Assembly (NCBI GenBank): GCA_050949085.1
Contig: JBMNFB010000009.1
Coordinates: forward strand, 352,446-416,445
Length of the DNA stretch: 64,000 nt
Direction: 5' to 3'
Source: Bacillota bacterium
Lineage (GTDB): Bacteria > Bacillota > UBA994 > UBA5500
The first letter of the stretch is position 1; each line of letters starts with the position of its first letter. Position numbers and translations under genes: made by a program. A model generated the notes under the pieces. It was not told where the DNA came from. It was given only the letters and a program-made list of their open reading frames with translations, and did not search any database. Below, piece after piece: positions 48,868 to 56,645 of the stretch.

Positions 48868-49521
48868 TCAGTTGTTATTGTTGTTACGTTCCTCCAGATA
48901 TCGCTCCACTTTGCGCTTGACTCTTTGCAGGGCGTTATCGATCGACTTCACATGTCTATCCAGATCGCCGGCAATCTCCTGATAGGATTTGCCCTCCAGG
49001 TAGGCAATCAGCACCTTCCATTCCAGCTCACTGAGCAACTCGCCCATGTGCAACTCGATATCCAGAAACTCCTCCTGGTTGATCATCAGCTCTTCCGGAT
49101 CGGTGATCCGGTTGCCGGAGAGAACATCCAGCAGGGTGCGATCTGACTCTTCGTCGTAGATCGGTTTATTCAGGGAGATATACGAGTTGAGTGGAATATG
49201 CTTCTGCCGCGTGGCCGTCTTGATGGCAGTGATGATCTGCCGCGTAATACAGAGTTCGGCAAAGGCCCGAAAAGAGGCCAGCTTATCAGCGCGATAGTCA
49301 CGAATCGCTTTATAAAGCCCAATCATGCCTTCCTGGATAATATCCTCGCGATCGGCACCAATCAGAAAGTAAGATTTGGCTTTGGCGCGTACAAACGCTT
49401 TGTACTTGTTAATCAGGAATTCCAATGCGTAAGTGCTGCCCTGCTTGGCACTTTCCACTAGATCTTCTTCGGACATCTGATCAATATCGGGAAAGAACTC
49501 CGGTTGGGCATCCATGTTCAC
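48868..49521 (-). CDS. sigH: RNA polymerase sporulation sigma factor SigH
   Basis: Sigma-70 region 2 (DREDIIQEGMIGLYKAIRDY) and region 4. Synteny sigH-rpmG-secE-nusG. GTG 49521 lies 8 nt after GGAGG (track GTG 49536). Confidence 0.88.
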   Translation of the reverse strand: MNMDAQPEFFPDIDQMSEEDLVESAKQGSTYALEFLINKYKAFVRAKAKSYFLIGADREDIIQEGMIGLYKAIRDYRADKLASFRAFAELCITRQIITAIKTATRQKHIPLNSYISLNKPIYDEESDRTLLDVLSGNRITDPEELMINQEEFLDIELHMGELLSELEWKVLIAYLEGKSYQEIAGDLDRHVKSIDNALQRVKRKVERYLEERNNNNN

Positions 49522-49600
49522 ATATATCGCCTCCACGCAGTTTGCAGTCCAGCACCCTCAACTACACATAACCTATTATAAAGCAAGATTTTCCGGAGGG

Positions 49601-50350
49601 TCAAGCTAGGTTAGGTGACATAACTTTCCGCTGTCTGACCACCTCATAGAGCAGGAGCGCTGCAGAGACGCTGACATTTAGTGAATTTACCTGTCCCAGC
49701 AAGGGAAATCTGACCAGAAGGTCACAATGCTCCCGGAGTAGTCGGCTGATTCCCTTGCCTTCGCCTCCCAGAACCAGCACGAGCGGGCCGTCCAGACGAC
49801 TCTGATACGCCAGCTGCTCAGCGTCGGCCTCGGCACCCACCACCCAGGCTCCCGCCTCTTTCAGCTGGGCGCAGCATTGAACCAGATTTGTCACCCGCAC
49901 TACAGGCAGATGAGCAATCGCTCCGGCCGAGGCGCGAGCCACCGCTGGCGTGAGACCGACAGCGCGATGTTTGGGGATAATGACGCCGTGGGCGCCGGCA
50001 GCTTCGGCGGTGCGGATCACCGACCCCAGATTATGCGGATCTTCCACGCCATCCAGCATGACCAGCAGCAGAGCCTCCTGCCGCTCGCGGGCTCGATCCA
50101 GCACCGTCTCCAACTGAGCATAGGCAAACGCCGCCAGTTCAGCCACTACCCCCTGATGACGCCCGGTGACACTCATTTTTTCCAGCACCTGGCGGTCGAC
50201 GAACTGCACCGTCACCTGCCGCCGCCGACAGAGGCTGATGATCCGGTCAATCGCTCCGCCGCTTGTCCCCTTGGCGATCAGCACCTTGTTCAGATCCTGG
50301 CCGGCCTGGAGTGCCTCCAATACCGGATTACGTCCCTCCAACTGTTCCAT
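49601..50350 (-). CDS. rlmB: 23S rRNA (guanosine-2'-O)-methyltransferase RlmB/YacO (SpoU family)
   Basis: N-terminal GRNPVLEAL and SpoU motifs (DPHNLGSVIRTAEAAG, LVLGGEGKGI, NSLNVSVSAA). Confidence 0.9.
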   Translation of the reverse strand: MEQLEGRNPVLEALQAGQDLNKVLIAKGTSGGAIDRIISLCRRRQVTVQFVDRQVLEKMSVTGRHQGVVAELAAFAYAQLETVLDRARERQEALLLVMLDGVEDPHNLGSVIRTAEAAGAHGVIIPKHRAVGLTPAVARASAGAIAHLPVVRVTNLVQCCAQLKEAGAWVVGAEADAEQLAYQSRLDGPLVLVLGGEGKGISRLLREHCDLLVRFPLLGQVNSLNVSVSAALLLYEVVRQRKVMSPNLA

Positions 50351-50390
50351 CGTGCAGTTCTCCTTCCAAAGTCGGACTGGGCCGCCAGAG

Positions 50391-51056
50391 CTAGCGCTCA
50401 GGCGGTTCTCCGCAACTCAGCTCGCCTTCCTGGCAGCCGATGCCGGTCAGACAATTGGGCCCGGCGTTAGCAAACAGGGATGGTGCCACCTCTTTCACCA
50501 GAACAAGCATCGCCCAGGCCAATTCTCGGATCTCCCATTGGGCCCGGTTACAGCAGCGCAGGCTGAAGAAGTTGAGCAGGCTGCGGGCATTCATCGTCAT
50601 CACCAGGTTGGTCTGGCAGGCATTCGGCAACACGTAGCGGGCATCTTCCGCCGGCACCAGGTTGAGCAGCTTCCGATAGGCATCCTCTATGCTAGCCATC
50701 GCTTCATTGAAATATGATAGCGCCTGGCTATCCTCAGCTATCGAGGGCGGAATAACAGTGGGCACCTTGCCCAGCGCCACATATCGCTGGGATTGCTGCG
50801 AATAGGACGCGATGCGATGCCGCACCAACTGGTGGGACAGGCTCCGGCTGACGCCGGCGATGCCGAACGTGAAGCTGGCATGCTCCAACGGCGAGAAGTG
50901 GCGCATCTCCATCAGCTTGCTGATCAGCCGCCGCGCCCGCTTCAGATCCATGGCATCGAGCAGCTCTGCGACCTGATCAGGCGAATAGCAGAGCCGGGCG
51001 GCAGCAGCCACCGTCATCTCCGGCTCAGGTGTATAGCGAATTAGCCTAACCTCCAT
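50391..51056 (-). CDS. thyX: FAD-dependent thymidylate synthase
   Basis: ThyX signature RHRIASYSQQSQRY and HFSPLEHASFTF. Confidence 0.92.
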   Translation of the reverse strand: MEVRLIRYTPEPEMTVAAAARLCYSPDQVAELLDAMDLKRARRLISKLMEMRHFSPLEHASFTFGIAGVSRSLSHQLVRHRIASYSQQSQRYVALGKVPTVIPPSIAEDSQALSYFNEAMASIEDAYRKLLNLVPAEDARYVLPNACQTNLVMTMNARSLLNFFSLRCCNRAQWEIRELAWAMLVLVKEVAPSLFANAGPNCLTGIGCQEGELSCGEPPER

Positions 51057-51143
51057 AGCTTAACTCCTTTCAAGGCATACTCCGGAATTCGGGCAAGGCC
51101 CGGTCTGCGAGGTGCAGCCCTCTGTGCTCTAGCGTTCCATGCC

Positions 51144-51548
51144 TCACTCATCCTGTTCATTGATTTCGATCAGGCGCTGCAGCAGGGCCTGGAGGCGCTC
51201 CTTCTGGCCGCTCAGATAGAGATAGCCTAGCAATGATTCCAGGCCGGTGCTCTGGCGATATTCGCTCAGCGTGGCGCTTTTCGGGTGGCGCAACGGCTTG
51301 CAGTTGCGTCCCCGCCGGACGATGTCAGCCTCGGCCTCGTCCAACTCATCGACCAGAACCTCCAGTGCGTCAGCCTGGGCAGTAGCCCGCACCCAGGCCA
51401 CAGTTGCCTGGTGCAGCTTGTCGATGCGCGTGCGGCCGCTCAGGACCAGGTGCTGGCGGACAGCCAGTTCATAGACCGAGTCACCAATATAGGCCAGCAC
51501 GAGAGGTGGCAGCTGGCGCGCCTGCTCCGGCGTCATCGCTGGCTTCAT
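51144..51548 (-). CDS. mrnC: Mini-ribonuclease 3
   Basis: LAYIGDSVYELAVRQHL and ADIVRRGRN. 134 aa. Synteny next to rlmB. Confidence 0.88.
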   Translation of the reverse strand: MKPAMTPEQARQLPPLVLAYIGDSVYELAVRQHLVLSGRTRIDKLHQATVAWVRATAQADALEVLVDELDEAEADIVRRGRNCKPLRHPKSATLSEYRQSTGLESLLGYLYLSGQKERLQALLQRLIEINEQDE

Positions 51549-52048
51549 CGCACCGCTTCCCTTCTGGTTCCCGGACTTGCATCATCCAGCTGGGCAACTG
51601 CCAGCGCCGCCACACCCTCCTGCCGCCCAACAAAGCCCATCCCTTCATTGGTGGTGGCCTTCAGGCTGACCTGCTTCTCAGCGATATTGAGGATCTCGGC
51701 AATCCTCCGCCGCATGGCAGGCAGATAAGGGCTCAGCCTGGGACGTTCCATGATCACTGTGGCATCGATGTTATGTATCGTCAGCCCGTGTTCGGTCAGC
51801 AGCTGCTGCACACGGGCGAGCAGCACCGTGCTGGCCACTCCCCGGTAAGCCGCATCGGTGTCCGGGAAGTGCTGCCCGATATCGCCCAGGACAGCCGCCC
51901 CCAGGAGGGCGTCGATGATGGCATGGATCAGCACATCAGCGTCGGAGTGGCCCAGCAACCCACACTCGGCGGGAATCTCTACTCCGCCGAGAATCAGTGG
52001 CCGACCCGCCGCCCAACGATGAGCATCATAACCAATTCCTACTGCCAC
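51545..52048 (-). CDS. ispF: 2-C-methyl-D-erythritol 2,4-cyclodiphosphate synthase
   Basis: GIGYDAHRW, GHSDADVLIHAIIDALLGA. Confidence 0.94.
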   Translation of the reverse strand: MAVGIGYDAHRWAAGRPLILGGVEIPAECGLLGHSDADVLIHAIIDALLGAAVLGDIGQHFPDTDAAYRGVASTVLLARVQQLLTEHGLTIHNIDATVIMERPRLSPYLPAMRRRIAEILNIAEKQVSLKATTNEGMGFVGRQEGVAALAVAQLDDASPGTRREAVR

Positions 52049-52713
52049 GGCTTGTCCCCCCTGGTCATTATCAGCTCGGCCAGCAACAAGTCATCCGGCG
52101 TTGTCACCTTGATGTTACGCGCGCTACCGCGCACCACGTCCACCGGATGACCACACAGGGCCACCAGTTCGGCATCGTCAGTGGCCGAGATCCCAGTCTG
52201 AGACGCTCGGCGATGGGCTGCCGCGATCCAATCCCACCGAAAAACCTGTGGTGTCTGCGCCGCCCACATCTGTTCCCGCGGCGGCGATTCGATCACCCTG
52301 CCAGCCTGCACCCGCTTGACGGTGTCTGTGACGGGAGTAGCCAGGATAGCTGCTCCCTGCTGCCGAGCGGCAGCAATCACGGCGAGAGCGTCCTCCTCCC
52401 GCAGGCAAGGGCGGGCGGCATCATGAATGGCCACCAGGTCCCGCCCGCGGCAGGCCAGCAAGCCGCGATAGACCGATTCCTGCCGGCTGGCGCCACCCGA
52501 CACGAGGCAGATATCCCTGTACCCATGGGAGTGAAGCAGCTGCTCAATCTGGGGGCGCAGCCGGGGATTGATGACGAGAACAATCTGCTCGACCGCCGCG
52601 AGGCGGGAAAACAGCTCCAGCGAATAGAGCAGCAGGGGTTTCCCCAGGAGCGACAACAGCACCTTGTCGCCCATGCCCTGCATGCGACGGCTTTCGCCGG
52701 CGGCGACGATCAC
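52039..52713 (-). CDS. ispD: 2-C-methyl-D-erythritol 4-phosphate cytidylyltransferase
   Basis: VAAGESRRM and the rest of the fold. The canonical GTG 52713 is 19 nt from GGAGGTG. In-frame ATT 52728 or CTG 52725 sit at proper spacing and would add ILVSV to the N-terminus. Confidence 0.88.
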   Translation of the reverse strand: MIVAAGESRRMQGMGDKVLLSLLGKPLLLYSLELFSRLAAVEQIVLVINPRLRPQIEQLLHSHGYRDICLVSGGASRQESVYRGLLACRGRDLVAIHDAARPCLREEDALAVIAAARQQGAAILATPVTDTVKRVQAGRVIESPPREQMWAAQTPQVFRWDWIAAAHRRASQTGISATDDAELVALCGHPVDVVRGSARNIKVTTPDDLLLAELIMTRGDKPWQ

Positions 52714-52789
52714 TACGGAAACCAGAATGGCACACCTCCCCCCGCATACTTAGGACAAGCATACCAAAATGCAGCCTTGATTAACAATG

Positions 52790-52822
52790 CAAAAAGACCC
52801 TCGGCTGTTTGAGCCAAGGGTC
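52790..52822 (-). terminator. Rho-independent terminator after yacL
   Basis: Minus strand GACCCTTGGCTC-aaac-AGCCGAGGGTC followed by TTTTTGC. Confidence 0.75.
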
Positions 52823-52834
52823 GCTCCTCGCGCC

Positions 52835-53923
52835 TTAGCGCGCCCGGGCGAAGATCATCCGCCCGGCTGAGGTTTGCAGCACGCTGGTAACGACGACCTT
52901 CAGGTGTTCGCCAATATGCTTCTTGCCGTTATCAACGACAATCATCGTTCCGTCGTCCAGATAGGCGATGCCCTGATTGACTTCCTTGCCTTCCTTGATG
53001 ACCTGGATGACCATTTCCTCGCCAGGCAGAACCACCGGTTTGACAGCATTGGCCAGGTCGTTGATGTTCAGCACCGGCACCCCGTGCAACTCACATACTT
53101 TGTTCAGATTGTAGTCGGTGGTCAGCACCTTGCCCTTCAGTTCCTGAGCCAGCTTGATCAGCCTGCTATCCACCTCGGGAATATCCTCATAGTCTTTTTC
53201 CGTAATCTGCACCCTGGTGCCCAGCTGTTTCTGAATCTGGTGGAGGATGTCCAGCCCGCGACGACCGCGATTGCGCCGCAGCGTATCGGACGAATCGGCA
53301 ATATGGCGCAGTTCCTCCAGAACGAAGGTAGGCACCACCAGAATCCCCTCCAGGAAGCCAGCTTTGACAACATCAGCAATCCTGCCATCGATGATGACGC
53401 TGGTATCCAACACTTTGTAGATATCCCGGGATGCGTCTCCCCGGGCAGCGCTCTCGCGGCGCGAGGCGCGAGAGCTACGGGCAGACACGGAAAAAATATT
53501 CCCCAGATCATCCCGCTTTTTCAGCGCCACACTTATCCCAAGATAACCAAACAGCAGGTTGCTGGCGATCGGCAGATAGGGGCCGACGTAAGGGATTCCC
53601 CAGAGGGCAAAGCTCAGCAGGTTGGCAACGATCAGCCCAATAACCAGGCCGCCGGTACCCATCACGATATCCTGTGTCGGAATTCGCTGCAGATAGGCCT
53701 CCACTGCTGATGCTAACCGTCCGATCTGGTTCATCAATCCGGGGGCAATAACAAAAAAAATGAGTCCAAATAATAAGGCCCCCAGGATATCCATGACCAC
53801 CGCTACCAGGGGAGTCCAGGACACGAAACTGGGATTGATCAAGGGGATCAGCCAGTGCGAGACCCGGTAACCCACCAGAAGGCCTAGCAGTGTAATCAAG
53901 AGTCTGGTTATGCGTATCAGCAT
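52835..53923 (-). CDS. yacL: PIN/TRAM-domain membrane protein YacL
   Basis: Four N-terminal TMs, PIN domain (VLDTSVIIDGRI), C-terminal TRAM. Synteny before ispD. Confidence 0.88.
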   Translation of the reverse strand: MLIRITRLLITLLGLLVGYRVSHWLIPLINPSFVSWTPLVAVVMDILGALLFGLIFFVIAPGLMNQIGRLASAVEAYLQRIPTQDIVMGTGGLVIGLIVANLLSFALWGIPYVGPYLPIASNLLFGYLGISVALKKRDDLGNIFSVSARSSRASRRESAARGDASRDIYKVLDTSVIIDGRIADVVKAGFLEGILVVPTFVLEELRHIADSSDTLRRNRGRRGLDILHQIQKQLGTRVQITEKDYEDIPEVDSRLIKLAQELKGKVLTTDYNLNKVCELHGVPVLNINDLANAVKPVVLPGEEMVIQVIKEGKEVNQGIAYLDDGTMIVVDNGKKHIGEHLKVVVTSVLQTSAGRMIFARAR

Positions 53924-54045
53924 TCCATCTCACCTCCTTTCTTTGCTCGCTAATCACCCACATAATGAATACGTAACAGTGACAGTTTTGGTTGCAGGCC
54001 CAGACAAGAACAGAGAAAGAAGAAGGGCCGCAGAGCGCCCTTCCT

Positions 54046-54525
54046 CTAGCCTTCTAGCAGCTCTTCGATCAGACGTGCTGCGGATTCTTCCTCCAGTCCC
54101 TTGACCAACACAACCTCGCTCAGCAGAATCTGCCGGGCTGTATCCAGCATCTTGCGCTCCCCAGTGGACAGCCCCTTTTCCTGATCACGCCTGACCAGAT
54201 TGCGCACCACCTCGGCCACCGACTTCAGATCGCCAGTGCGAATCTTCTCCAGGTTCGCCCTGTAGCGCTGGTTCCAGTTATTCGGCATGGCCGTCTCTTC
54301 CTGTTTGAGGACATCGAGGACGTGGTCCATCTCATCGTTGCTGAGAACCTGCCTGATTCCAATGCTTTCTGCGTTGGCCAGTGGAATCATTACCCGCATC
54401 TCGCCGAGTGGCAGTTTAAGGATATAATACTCCTGACGTTCACCGAGAACCTCTTTTTCTTCGATCGCCTCGATGACGCCGGCCCCGTGCATCGGATAGA
54501 CCACCCGATCGCCTAGTTTGAACAC
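54046..54525 (-). CDS. carD: CarD-family RNA polymerase-binding regulator
   Basis: FKLGDRVVYPMHGAGVIEAIEEKEVLGERQEYYILK. GTG 54525 lies 10 nt after AAGGAGG (track GTG 54534 abuts the RBS). Confidence 0.9.
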   Translation of the reverse strand: MFKLGDRVVYPMHGAGVIEAIEEKEVLGERQEYYILKLPLGEMRVMIPLANAESIGIRQVLSNDEMDHVLDVLKQEETAMPNNWNQRYRANLEKIRTGDLKSVAEVVRNLVRRDQEKGLSTGERKMLDTARQILLSEVVLVKGLEEESAARLIEELLEG

Positions 54526-54699
54526 TAAGGCCACACCTCCTTCTTATCTAGAATAGCATTTTTAGACAACCGTGTCAAGAAAACTAGCATTGTATCACAG
54601 AGCAGATTACCTTGTCAACAAATACCCACAGGCTGTGAGGTTGCGCTATCAAAGCGCCCTCGACGAACTCCAACGCCGCTGCTGCGCGCCTGCCCTTCG

Positions 54700-54729
54700 T
54701 TGACAATTGCATTTTACGGTCAGTATAAT
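54700..54729 (+). promoter_or_regulatory. Near-consensus sigma-A-type promoter
   Basis: TTGACA (54700-54705), 18 nt, TATAAT (54724-54729), facing the small plus-strand ORF. Confidence 0.6.
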
Positions 54730-54837
54730 TAGGACGGAATGATTCCTTGAAGAGGGTGGTGGTCCCAACTGACGGACAACACTTGCGATGTTTTCCAGCA
54801 GGCTGTAGATGAGTATCTAATCCGGCACCGCAGCATC

Positions 54838-55164
54838 ATGGATGTTCTATCCAAGCTCCAGGAATCCAATGCCCGGGCCAATCGGGCGATTGCCAAGGCT
54901 ATCACCAGCTGCGGCTGCATCTCGGTGGAGGCGTCCCGTCAGCCCATTTCATCAGACACGTCCCTGGAAGAGTTTCGCCAACAAGTTGCCAGCCACCTGA
55001 ACGGTGAACTATGCGAACACTGTCGCGACATCGTTGAGCGCGAACTCGGCGCCAACATGTTCTACCTGACAGCCCTCTGCAACATTCTTGGGCTCAAGCT
55101 GCACGATGTGCTGAGCAAAGAGATGAAACAGCTAAAGACTCTCGGCATATTTAATCTGTCCTGA
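54838..55164 (+). CDS. Hypothetical small cysteine-containing protein
   Basis: 108-aa ORF with SCGC and CEHC pairs and an FYLTALCNILGLKL helix. Frame stays open back to GTG 54757. I cannot name the family from memory. Confidence 0.55.
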   Translation: MDVLSKLQESNARANRAIAKAITSCGCISVEASRQPISSDTSLEEFRQQVASHLNGELCEHCRDIVERELGANMFYLTALCNILGLKLHDVLSKEMKQLKTLGIFNLS

Positions 55165-55223
55165 TATGAAGGGCGCCCCCAGCGAGGCGCCCGTTTTGTT
55201 TATTATGAAGTAGCGTATGATAC

Positions 55224-56291
55224 CTAGAAATGCCGATCCACCAATACCTGCTCCTGCAGACGGCGCAGCCCATCCTTGATAGCGCGAGCGCGCACCTCGC
55301 CGATGCCTTCCACTTCGTCCAACTCTTCCAGCGACGCCCGGAGGATGCTCTGCAGACTCCCAAACTGCTCCACCAGGTTCTCGACCACGCTGGCCGGCAG
55401 CCGCGGAATCTTGCTAGCGATGCGATAGCCCCGTGGCGAGACTGCCTGCTCCAGTGCGTTGAGGCTGGCGCCATATCCCATCAGTCGACAGAAATTGATC
55501 GGTTCCAGCAGCTCCTCCGGCGTGAACTGGCTCAGCTGCTCTTTCAGCTCCTCTGGGCTGCGCGTCTCTCCCGGCGCAGCATAATCGCGCATTACCGCCA
55601 GCGAATCAGCCTCAGAATTGCCCACCAGCTCCACCATCTGCATGTTCACGAGACGACCTTCGGTCCCCAGTTCGATGATATAGCGCTTCAGCTCCGCCAC
55701 AATCCGGGCTACCATTTCAAAGCGCTGGACAACGATGCTCACATCATAGATGGTCACCTGATCCTCAAACTCCAGGGCGCTCAGGTTGATCAGCGCCTGA
55801 TTGAGCACCGCCTGATACTTCTCCAGGGTCTGCAAGGCCTGATTGGCCTTGGAGAGAATCACGCTGAGATCGCGCAGGATGTATTTCTGGGACCCGAGGT
55901 AGAGGCTGATGATGTTGCGCCGCTGAGAGATGGCGATCACCAACTCCTTGGTGAGGCGGGCCACCCGCTCGGCGGTGCGGTGCCGGATGCCGGTCTCGGT
56001 GGAGGGAATACTGGGGTCAACCACTAGCTGGGTGTTGGCGTAAACAATTCTCCGCCCGTCGCTGCTCAGAATAATCGCCCCGTCCATCTTGGCCAGTTCA
56101 TATAATGCCTCGGGCGTGAACTCGCAGTCCAGCTGGAACCCACCGTCAGCCAACTCCAGAACAGCAGGTGAATCGCTCATAATCACAATCGCCCCGGTAC
56201 GGGCGCGTAGAACGTTATCCAGGCCCTCGCGCAGCGGTGTTCCCGGAGCAAGACGACGTAAGGCGCGCTGCAGCTCCTTCTCGTCAGCCAA
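55224..56291 (-). CDS. disA: DNA integrity scanning protein / diadenylate cyclase DisA
   Basis: LAPGTPLREGLDNVLRA, DAC-domain DGAIILS and TGIRHRTAERV, C-terminal HhH EVEGIGEVRARAI. TTG 56291 lies 8 nt after GAAGGAGGGGGG (track TTG 56315 lies inside the repeat array). Confidence 0.92.
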   Translation of the reverse strand: MADEKELQRALRRLAPGTPLREGLDNVLRARTGAIVIMSDSPAVLELADGGFQLDCEFTPEALYELAKMDGAIILSSDGRRIVYANTQLVVDPSIPSTETGIRHRTAERVARLTKELVIAISQRRNIISLYLGSQKYILRDLSVILSKANQALQTLEKYQAVLNQALINLSALEFEDQVTIYDVSIVVQRFEMVARIVAELKRYIIELGTEGRLVNMQMVELVGNSEADSLAVMRDYAAPGETRSPEELKEQLSQFTPEELLEPINFCRLMGYGASLNALEQAVSPRGYRIASKIPRLPASVVENLVEQFGSLQSILRASLEELDEVEGIGEVRARAIKDGLRRLQEQVLVDRHF

Positions 56292-56310
56292 GCCGCTTCC
56301 CCCCTCCTTC

Positions 56311-56599
56311 AGCAAGTCCGTTAGGACTTGCGAGCTAGATAAGGTGATGTTTGCTTGCCAAACATCAGATGGTACATCAGCAAGTCCGTTAGGACTTGCG
56401 AGCTAGATAAGGTGATGTTTGCTTGCCAAACATCAGATGGTACCTTAGCAAGTCCGTCAGGACTTGCGAGCTAGATAAGGTGATGTTTGCTTGCCAAACA
56501 TCAGATGGCACCTTAGCAAGTCCGTCAGGACTTGCGAGCTAGATAAGGTGATGTTTGCTTGCCAAACATCAGATGGCACCTTAGCAAGTCCGTCAGGAC
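56311..56599. repeat. Tandem array A2 of the 68-nt double-hairpin unit (4 full copies plus a 17-nt partial)
   Basis: Units start at 56311, 56379, 56447, 56515 and 56583. Unit AGCAAGTCCGTYAGGACTTGCGAGCTAGATAAGGTGATGTTTGCTTGCCAAACATCAGATGGYACMTY. Fills the radA-disA intergenic space. Confidence 0.95.
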
Positions 56600-56645
56600 C
56601 GCACATTCTGTTCTATCGCCATCTTGCCACAGATAGTGTGGCTTA

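Noticed and set aside
56379-56582. Mini-ORFs in array 2 on the radA-disA mRNA strand: AAGGTG, 7 nt, ATG, 14 codons (MFGKQTSPYLARKS) ending in the hairpin-1 loop
   Set aside because: The ATG is a by-product of the hairpin-2 palindrome and is buried in the stem. Only units 3 and 4 have the AAGGTG. The equivalent ORF in array 1 is 9 codons with no SD, and the solitary copy is frame-shifted. No coding constraint is apparent.
56311-56599. CRISPR array interpretation of the 68-nt arrays (also 1-240)
   Set aside because: The units are directly contiguous with no unique spacers. The period equals the repeat length, and no cas genes are present in the window.
56311-56599. Type III toxin-antitoxin (ToxI-like) RNA antitoxin array
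   Set aside because: Known antitoxin arrays have units of about 34-40 nt followed by a terminator and a toxin endoribonuclease gene. Here the flanks are radA/disA and hutI, all housekeeping. This cannot be excluded for array 1, whose left flank is outside the window.
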